Below, in pieces: positions 56,786 to 64,000 of a DNA stretch of 64,000 nucleotides. The stretch comes from Vulcanimicrobiota bacterium (lineage in GTDB: Bacteria > Vulcanimicrobiota > Vulcanimicrobiia > Vulcanimicrobiales > Vulcanimicrobiaceae), in the NCBI GenBank assembly GCA_963845455.1, contig CAWJSM010000001.1, forward strand, positions 56,302 to 120,301, written 5' to 3'. Position 1 is the first letter of the stretch; each line of letters begins with the position of its first letter. Made by a program: the position numbers and the translations under genes. The notes beneath the pieces were generated by a model. That model did no database searches. It had not been told where the DNA came from and was given only the letters and a program-made list of their open reading frames with translations.

Positions 56786-56802
56786 GACGTTGGTCCGGAA
56801 AC

Positions 56803-56876
56803 GCGGGTGTGATGTAATGGTAGCCTGCGACCTTCCCAAGGTTGACGCGCGGGTTCGATTCCCGCCACCCGCTCCA
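56803..56876 (+). tRNA. tRNA-Gly (anticodon CCC)
   Basis: Acceptor GCGGGTG/CACCCGC, anticodon arm CGACC-TTCCCAA-GGTTG, T arm GCGGG-TTCGATT-CCCGC, encoded CCA. 74 nt. One U-C mismatch in the D stem. Confidence 0.9.
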
Positions 56877-56881
56877 GGATC

Positions 56882-56955
56882 GGCGACATAGCCAAGTGGT
56901 AAGGCAGAGCTCTGCAAAAGCTCCATCCCCAGTTCGAATCTGGGTGTCGCCTCCA
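56882..56955 (+). tRNA. tRNA-Cys (anticodon GCA)
   Basis: Acceptor GGCGACA/TGTCGCC, anticodon arm GAGCT-CTGCAAA-AGCTC, T arm CCCAG-TTCGAAT-CTGGG, encoded CCA. 74 nt. Confidence 0.92.
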
Positions 56956-58326
56956 ATCCTCCTCCTGCTGGCGGCCTTCGTGGCCGTCGCAGTAGTCGGA
57001 CCCGTTTTGGGCGTGCGTCAGCTGGATGCCGAGTCCAACGCGCAAGTGCGGCTCGCGGCCGCCCGCGAAGGCGTCGACGCAATCTTTCGCGAGCAGCTCT
57101 CCGAGGAAACCGGCCTGCGCGGTTTCGTCTCGACGCGCGACAAGTATTTTCTCGACCCCGACGGTCCGCCGAACCCGCAGTTCGACCAGGCCGTCGAGAA
57201 ACTCGTGCAGGCCGTGACGGCGGCGGGCGTCCCCGAGGCCGCGCCCGTCGTGCTCGACATCAAGCAGACCCACGACCGCTGGGAACGCCAGGTGGCGCTT
57301 CCGCTGCTGCGCGATCCGGGCCGCCGCGACGCGCTGCCGGTTCAAACGTACGGGAAATTGCTGACCGATCAGCTGCGCGCGTCCTCGCAGCAGTTGCGCG
57401 ACACGCTGGCCGTGGCGAGCCTGCGTCAAGAAGCGCAGTTGCGCTCCACGATCAATCTCACGGTCGGCGTCAGCGCCGCCATCGTCGCGCTATTTGCTTT
57501 TGCGGCCGTCATTCTCGGCCTCGCGCGCGCTACGGCGGAACAGCGCTTGGAGCGCGAACGTTCGCTCGTCGGCGCGTTGCAGCAGACGCTGCGCGTGGGC
57601 GGCACGCGTCTGCCGCGCACGGAGATCGGTTACGCCTACCTCTCCGCGACTGCCGAAGCGCTGGTCGGGGGCGATCTGCTCGACACGTGGCGCGACGGGC
57701 CGGAGACCGGCTGGTTTCTGATCGCCGACGCCAGCGGCAAGGGCATCCAGGCCGCGCGCCATGCGGCCTTCGTGCAGTATGCGCTGCGCGCGCTCGCGGC
57801 CGAACGCGACGATCCGGGCGTGGTCGTCGAGCGCTTCAACCGGATCTTCCTCGATACGTTCGACGACCCGGGCATCTTCGTCGTGCTCTTCCTCGGCCGA
57901 TTCGACGCCCGCACGCACACGCTGCGCTACGTGGGTGCCGGCCATTCGACCGCGTTCGTGCGCCGCGGCGCCACGGTGGAGCAGCTGCCGCCGACCGGAC
58001 CGATCGTGGGCCTCGGTCCGGACAGCATCTTCGGCGTCGGAACCGTCGAATTGCCCGTCGGCTCGACCGTCGTCTTGGCGACCGACGGCCTCACCGAGTC
58101 GCGCGACGCGAGCGGAACCTTTTTGGGCGACGACGGTGTCTCGGCGTTGCTGGCAGCGGCGCCGCTGGACGCTCAAGGCATTTGCGACGTCTTGCTGGCC
58201 GAGGCCGAACGGCGTTACGGCGGCTCGATCGCCGACGACCTGGCGATTCTCGCGATGACCGTCCTCGCGCATGAGGACGGCACCGATACCGGGTTCTCCA
58301 CCATGGAAGCCGCACCGCAGCGCTAA
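56944..58326 (+). CDS. membrane-anchored CHASE3-like sensor + PP2C/SpoIIE-family phosphatase (start uncertain)
   Basis: ..[20 protein letters not shown] (TM), periplasmic ..[24 protein letters not shown].., second TM, then PP2C ..[38 protein letters not shown]... The tracked ORF start (56842) reads through both tRNAs, so it is rejected. Confidence 0.8.
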   Translation: MSPPILLLLAAFVAVAVVGPVLGVRQLDAESNAQVRLAAAREGVDAIFREQLSEETGLRGFVSTRDKYFLDPDGPPNPQFDQAVEKLVQAVTAAGVPEAAPVVLDIKQTHDRWERQVALPLLRDPGRRDALPVQTYGKLLTDQLRASSQQLRDTLAVASLRQEAQLRSTINLTVGVSAAIVALFAFAAVILGLARATAEQRLERERSLVGALQQTLRVGGTRLPRTEIGYAYLSATAEALVGGDLLDTWRDGPETGWFLIADASGKGIQAARHAAFVQYALRALAAERDDPGVVVERFNRIFLDTFDDPGIFVVLFLGRFDARTHTLRYVGAGHSTAFVRRGATVEQLPPTGPIVGLGPDSIFGVGTVELPVGSTVVLATDGLTESRDASGTFLGDDGVSALLAAAPLDAQGICDVLLAEAERRYGGSIADDLAILAMTVLAHEDGTDTGFSTMEAAPQR

Positions 58327-58337
58327 AGAAAGAGCCC

Positions 58338-59108
58338 ATGCTCGTCCGCCGGATCGTCCCTTGTCTCGATATCAAAGAAGGCCGCGTCGTCAAAGGCATC
58401 AAGTTCGTCGAACTCGCCGATGCCGGCGATCCGGTCGAACTCGCGCGCCGCTACGAGCACGAAGGCGCCGACGAGCTGGTCTTCCTCGATATCACGGCGA
58501 CGGTCGAAGGGCGCAACGCCACCCTGGCCGTGGTGCGCGCGGTCGCGGCCGAGTTGACGATCCCGTTCGCGGTCGGCGGCGGCGTGAAGACCGTCGATGA
58601 CATGAACGACCTGCTGCGCGCCGGCTGTGACAAGGTCAGCATCAACTCGGCGGCGCTGCGCAATCCCGGCCTAATCGACGAAGCCGCGCACCGTTTCGGC
58701 GCGCAATGCGTCGTCGTCGCGATCGACGTGCGCACGGTCGACGGCGATTTCGAAGTGGTCGTCGACGGCGGCCGCACGCCGACCGGCCGCGACGCGATCG
58801 CGTGGGCGCAAGAAGCCGAACGGCGCGGCGCGGGCGAATTGCTCGTCACCAGCATCGATCGCGACGGCACGAAGGCGGGCTTCGATCTGCCGCTCTTGCG
58901 CGCAATGCGCGCCGCCGTCAACCTGCCGATCATCGCCTCGGGCGGCGCAGGCACCAAGGCCGACTTCGTCGAGGTGTTCGAAGAGACGGGCAGCGATGCG
59001 GCGCTCGCGGCGACGCTCTTCCACTACGGTGAGCTCGCGATCGTCGACGTGAAACGCGAACTCGCCGCGCACCACATCCCGGTGCGGCTGGAAGCGGTGG
59101 CCGTCTAG
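58338..59108 (+). CDS. hisF: imidazole glycerol phosphate synthase, cyclase subunit
   Basis: [65 protein letters not shown]... Intact 256 aa. Confidence 0.95.
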   Translation: MLVRRIVPCLDIKEGRVVKGIKFVELADAGDPVELARRYEHEGADELVFLDITATVEGRNATLAVVRAVAAELTIPFAVGGGVKTVDDMNDLLRAGCDKVSINSAALRNPGLIDEAAHRFGAQCVVVAIDVRTVDGDFEVVVDGGRTPTGRDAIAWAQEAERRGAGELLVTSIDRDGTKAGFDLPLLRAMRAAVNLPIIASGGAGTKADFVEVFEETGSDAALAATLFHYGELAIVDVKRELAAHHIPVRLEAVAV

Positions 59109-59757
59109 ATGGAAGCCGCAGCACTTCTGTCGGCGGTGAAGTGGAACGGCGACGGCCTCGCGCCTGTTGTGATCGTCGATGCGCGCACGAACGCCGTTCT
59201 GACGCTCGCCTACGCCAATCGCGAGGCGCTGGAAAAAACGCTGGCTTCGAAATCAACCTGGCTCTACAGCCGCTCGCGCGCGGAACTGTGGAATAAAGGC
59301 GCGACGTCGGGGAACACCCAGCAAGTAGTGGCGGTGGCGATCGATTGCGATAACGACGCGTTGCTCTACCGGGTGATTCCCGACGGGCCGGCCTGCCATA
59401 CCGGCGCGCCGACGTGTTTCACCGAAGTCGTCCCGCTCGCGCGGCGCCGAAGCGACGCCCAACGGCGCGCACTTCGCCGAGGCGATGCTCGCGCTTTCGA
59501 GCACGATCGCCGACCGCCACGCAAACCCGCCCGAAGGCAGCTATACGGCGAAGCTCTTCGAAGGCGGCGTCGATCGCATCGCCAAGAAAATCGGCGAAGA
59601 AGCGACCGAGGTCGTCATCGCTGCGAAGAACGAAGACAAAGCCGAACTCGTCTGGGAGATGAGCGATTTGCTCTATCACTCGCTGGTGCTGCTGGCGGAA
59701 CGTAAAGTCACGCTCGACGAGATCGGCGACGAACTCGCGCGGCGCGCTGCGGGCTGA
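59109..59757 (+). pseudogene. hisIE: bifunctional phosphoribosyl-AMP cyclohydrolase / phosphoribosyl-ATP pyrophosphatase (one frame change)
   Basis: HisI part ..[55 protein letters not shown]... HisE part ..[46 protein letters not shown].. is in ORF 59485-59757. Shift near 59450. Confidence 0.9.
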
Positions 59758-61801
59758 CCGTCGACAAGCACTCACTCGCAGGGTTAGCCGGCGTCGGTCC
59801 GTCGACGGCGGCGAAGTTTGCCGAACTCGGGATCGAAACGCCCGAGCAGCTGCTCGCGCACTTACCGCGCGCGTACCGTGACTGGCGCGTGCCGCAACCG
59901 ATCGCGACGCTGATCGAAGGCGAAGCGATCGTCGTCGGCCGTATCGTGGGCGTGAAAGAACGCGCCGGCCGTTTTCCGCTCGTCACCGTGACGCTCGCCG
60001 ACGACACCGGCGCGATCGCGGCGAAATTCTTCGGCCGCCGCCATCTGTTCGGCCGCTTTGCCGCCGGCGACCGGCTTTTCGTGAGCGGCCGCGTTACGCG
60101 CGCCGGCCTGTTGCCGGAGATCAACGTCACCGCGCACCGCGAACTGCGCGGCGACGAGCCGTACGTCGGCGAGATCGTGCCGGTCTACGGCGCAACGAAA
60201 GATCTGCCGTCGCGCACGATCCGCACCACGATCGCGAAGAACCTCGACCGCCTGATCGCCACGCGCGTCGATGCGCTGCCGCCCGCGCTCGTGCGCAAGC
60301 ACGACTTCCCGCCGCTGCGCGAAGCCTGGTTCGGCGTGCACGCGCCGCGCGATTCCGGAAGACGTGGAACGCGGCCGCGGCCGCATCGTGTTCGAGGAGT
60401 TCTTCGGCATCGCGCTTGCCGCCGCGCTCAAGCGCGCGCGTCGCGAAGCGGCCGGCGGCGCGCCGCCGATCGAACCGCCGCCGGACTGGTACGAGCGCTT
60501 CAAAGCGCGAATTGCCGTTCGCGCCGACCGGCGCGCAGACGCGCGTCATCGAGCAGATCGCGCGCGACATGCGCCGCACCGCGCCGATGAACCGGCTCTT
60601 GCAAGGCGACGTCGGCAGCGGCAAGACGCTGGTCGCGGCCGCGGCGATCGTCGCTCGCGCACTGGGGCGGCCTGCAGAGCGCGCTGATGGCGCCGACCGA
60701 AATTCTCGCGGCGCAGCACGCCCAGAAGCTCGCGCCGCTGCTGCTGCCGTTCGGCATCGCGGTCGAGGCGATCTTCGGCTCGCAGGGCGTGCGCGATCGC
60801 CGCAACGCGCGCGAGCGGCTCGCCTCGGGCGCCGCCGGCGCTCGCCGTCGGCACGCACGCGCTGCTCACCGAAAACGTGGAGTTCGCGCGCCTGGGCCTC
60901 GTGATCATCGACGAACAGCACCGCTTCGGCGTCGAGCAGCGCGCGCAACTGCGCGCGAAGAGCCTCGCCCCGCACACGCTCTACATGACCGCGACGCCGA
61001 TCCCGCGCACGCTCGCGCAGACGAAGTACGCCGACCTCGACGTCTCGATCATCGACGAACTGCCGCCGGGGCGCACGCCGGTTGCGACCTTTGTCATTCG
61101 CGACAGCCGCAAAGCGCGCGTCTACGATTTCGTTCGCGAGAACGTGGAGCTCGGCCATCAGACATACGTCGTCGTGCCGGCGATCGAGGCCGGCGAGACC
61201 GAGCTGTCGCAGCGCGATCGCCGAAGCCGAATACATCGGGCGCGAGGTGTTCCCGGATTTGCGCGTCGGTTTGCTGCACGGACGCATGCCGCCGAAGGAG
61301 AAAGAAGCCGTCATGGCTAGGTTTAAGGCTGGTGAGATCGACGTGCTCGTTTCAACGACCGTCATTGAAGTGGGCGTCGACGTGCCGAATGCGAGCGTGA
61401 TGGTGGTTCTGGATGCGGAACGGTTTGGACTGGCGACGTTGCATCAACTGCGCGGCCGCGTCGGACGCGGTGCGGCCGCCTCGACGTGCGTTCTCGTGAC
61501 GTCAGGCAATCCGGAATTCCTCGAGCGGCTCGACGTTCTGGCCGAAACGAACGACGGGTTCGAAGTGGCGGAAGCCGACTTGCGGATGCGCAAGGCCGGC
61601 GTCCTGGCCGGCACGACGCAAGCCGGCGCCAACGACACGATCGGCAACATCGTCGACGACTTCTCGCTCTACATGCAGGCCAAAGGTTCGGCCGAAGCGA
61701 TCGTGTCGGAAGATCCGGAACTCGCGGCGCCCGAACACCTCGCGCTGCGCGCCTTGATCGACGACGTTGCGGCGGCCCGCGCGCTGCTGGTGACCGCGTG
61801 A
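59754..61801 (+). pseudogene. recG: ATP-dependent DNA helicase RecG (about five frame changes; start approximate)
   Basis: ..[37 protein letters not shown].., wedge domain, ..[88 protein letters not shown]... Shifts near 60353 (TT), 60510, 60665 (G4), 60835 and 61210. Confidence 0.92.
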
Positions 61802-62499
61802 AGCAGACCGCCGTCGGTTTCGACTTCGATCACACGCTCGGAATCGATAACCACCTCGAACGGCACGCGTTCGGCGTGCTCGCCGCGCAGTACGGTTCGC
61901 TGCTCGACATCGAACAAGCGCCGACGTACGACGCCGTCGAAGCGCTGCTCGTGCCGTTCCGCGCGGCGCAAGAATCGATGGCCGCGATGATGGTGCGTTT
62001 CGCAGCCAAATTTCTGGCGAACGGCACGGCGACGCACGCCGACGGTGAGGAGCTGGCCGGCCGTTATCGGCAAATCTGCTACGACCTCGTCGCAGAAATG
62101 GTCGTGCCGGTGCCGGGCGCGGTCGAGTGCATCCGCGCGCTCGTTGCCGACGGTATTCCGGTCGGCATCCTCACCAACGGCTGGTCGGAACTGCAGGAGC
62201 GGAAGATCGAACACGCACTCGGCGTGTTTCCCGGCCCGATGTTGGTGAGCGATCTCCTCGGCGCATACAAGCCGTCGGCGGAAGCGTTCCGGCAGCTCGA
62301 AGCGGCGCTCGGCGTCACGCCCGCGGAGCTCTGGTACGTGGGCGACAATCCAATCGCCGATATCGCCGGAGCGCGCGCATACGGATTGCGCGCGGTGTGG
62401 CTGAATCGCGGCGGCGATGCGTACCCGGCGGAGCTGGCGGAGCCGACCGCGCAGATCGAACATCTTGACGCGCTGGCCGGCATCGTTCGAGGTGCGTGA
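61798..62499 (+). CDS. HAD-superfamily hydrolase
   Basis: GTG 61798 overlaps the recG TGA. Motif I FDFDHTLG, motif II GILTNG, motif IV YVGDNPIADI. Confidence 0.8.
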   Translation: MKQTAVGFDFDHTLGIDNHLERHAFGVLAAQYGSLLDIEQAPTYDAVEALLVPFRAAQESMAAMMVRFAAKFLANGTATHADGEELAGRYRQICYDLVAEMVVPVPGAVECIRALVADGIPVGILTNGWSELQERKIEHALGVFPGPMLVSDLLGAYKPSAEAFRQLEAALGVTPAELWYVGDNPIADIAGARAYGLRAVWLNRGGDAYPAELAEPTAQIEHLDALAGIVRGA

Positions 62500-62530
62500 G
62501 ACATTATGGCGAAGATAACGGTCCATCCAA

Positions 62531-63619
<1,089 letters not shown>

Positions 63620-63623
<4 letters not shown>

Positions 63624-64000
63624 GCATCTATCGCGTGTTGGACAAACTCGAGGCCTACGTGCGTCAGGGCACGGTGCTGCCGCTCAAACGTCGCGTGCTT
63701 TCTGAAGAGCGGCTGTTCGAGTTCATCGAAAAAATCCGCTCGACGCTGCCGGCGGAAGTCGGTCAAGCCAAGCTCATCGCGAAAGACAAAGACCGCGTGT
63801 TGCGTGAGGCGCAGGAACGCGCGCAGGCGATCGTCAGCGACGCCTCCGAAGCGCACGCCGCGATGGTCGACGATCACGAGATCGTCAACCGCGCGCGCAT
63901 CACCGCGGAGACCGTGCTGCGCGAAGCCGAAGTGCGCGCGCAACGCATTCGCGAAGGCGCGGACGCCTACGCGGCGCAAGTCCTGTTCGATCTCGACAAC
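63620..64000 (+). CDS. conserved hypothetical coiled-coil protein (3' end off-window)
   Basis: GTG 63620 overlaps the coaD TGA, with GAGGAG 12 nt upstream. Open to the window end: VSIYRVLDKLEAYVRQGTVLPLKRRVLSEERLFEFIEKIRSTLPAEVGQAK.. then a helical charged region. Not in the ORF track because it has no stop. I prefer it over the antisense ORF 63530-63979. Confidence 0.45.

Noticed and set aside
56684-57000. Genomic island or integrase associated with the tRNA-Gly/tRNA-Cys pair
   Set aside because: There is no integrase, no direct repeat of a tRNA 3' end and no compositional break. Both sides carry ordinary housekeeping genes (modBC, PP2C, his).

Overview
High-GC bacterial chromosomal window. 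I cannot assign a taxon from sequence alone, but a secretin gene implies an outer membrane. It falls into three blocks.

(i) 1-34.2 kb looks like an accessory catabolic and uptake region. It holds a VanA-type Rieske oxygenase and a decayed phthalate-type cluster (MFS permease, truncated phthalate-dioxygenase-like remnant, PhtD-like decarboxylase). It also holds one Fe(III)/polyamine-type and two complete NitT/TauT-type ABC importers, with five NMT1/SsuA-like binding proteins in total (one of them orphan). Enzymes include a TauD-type dioxygenase, a sulfatase, two isochorismatase-family hydrolases, a TPP enzyme, a class II aldolase, a Zn-ADH and a dienelactone hydrolase. There are two Vgb-lyase-like beta-propeller proteins, one paired with a paralogous Ig-like lipoprotein.

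(ii) 34.3-54.5 kb holds an ABC-F ATPase, a 1248-aa PAS-PAS-(GAF-like x3)-degenerate GGDEF-EAL protein, a complete Tad/Flp pilus locus in two divergent operons, and an ATPase-wHTH-BTAD regulator.

(iii) 55-64 kb is housekeeping: modBC, tRNA-Gly(CCC), tRNA-Cys(GCA), a PP2C phosphatase, hisF, hisIE, recG, a HAD hydrolase, rsmD and coaD.

A roughly 50-nt REP-like hairpin repeat occurs six times, always in the same orientation and only in the first 22 kb.

About half of the genes, including essential ones (coaD, recG, hisIE), are broken by frame changes, and the sites I could localise are short homopolymers. I read this as consensus indel error, so every pseudogene label means 'disrupted as assembled', not proven decay. 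Frameshift positions and some gene boundaries inside the pilus locus are approximate hand estimates. I saw no CRISPR array, rRNA, transposase or integrase.
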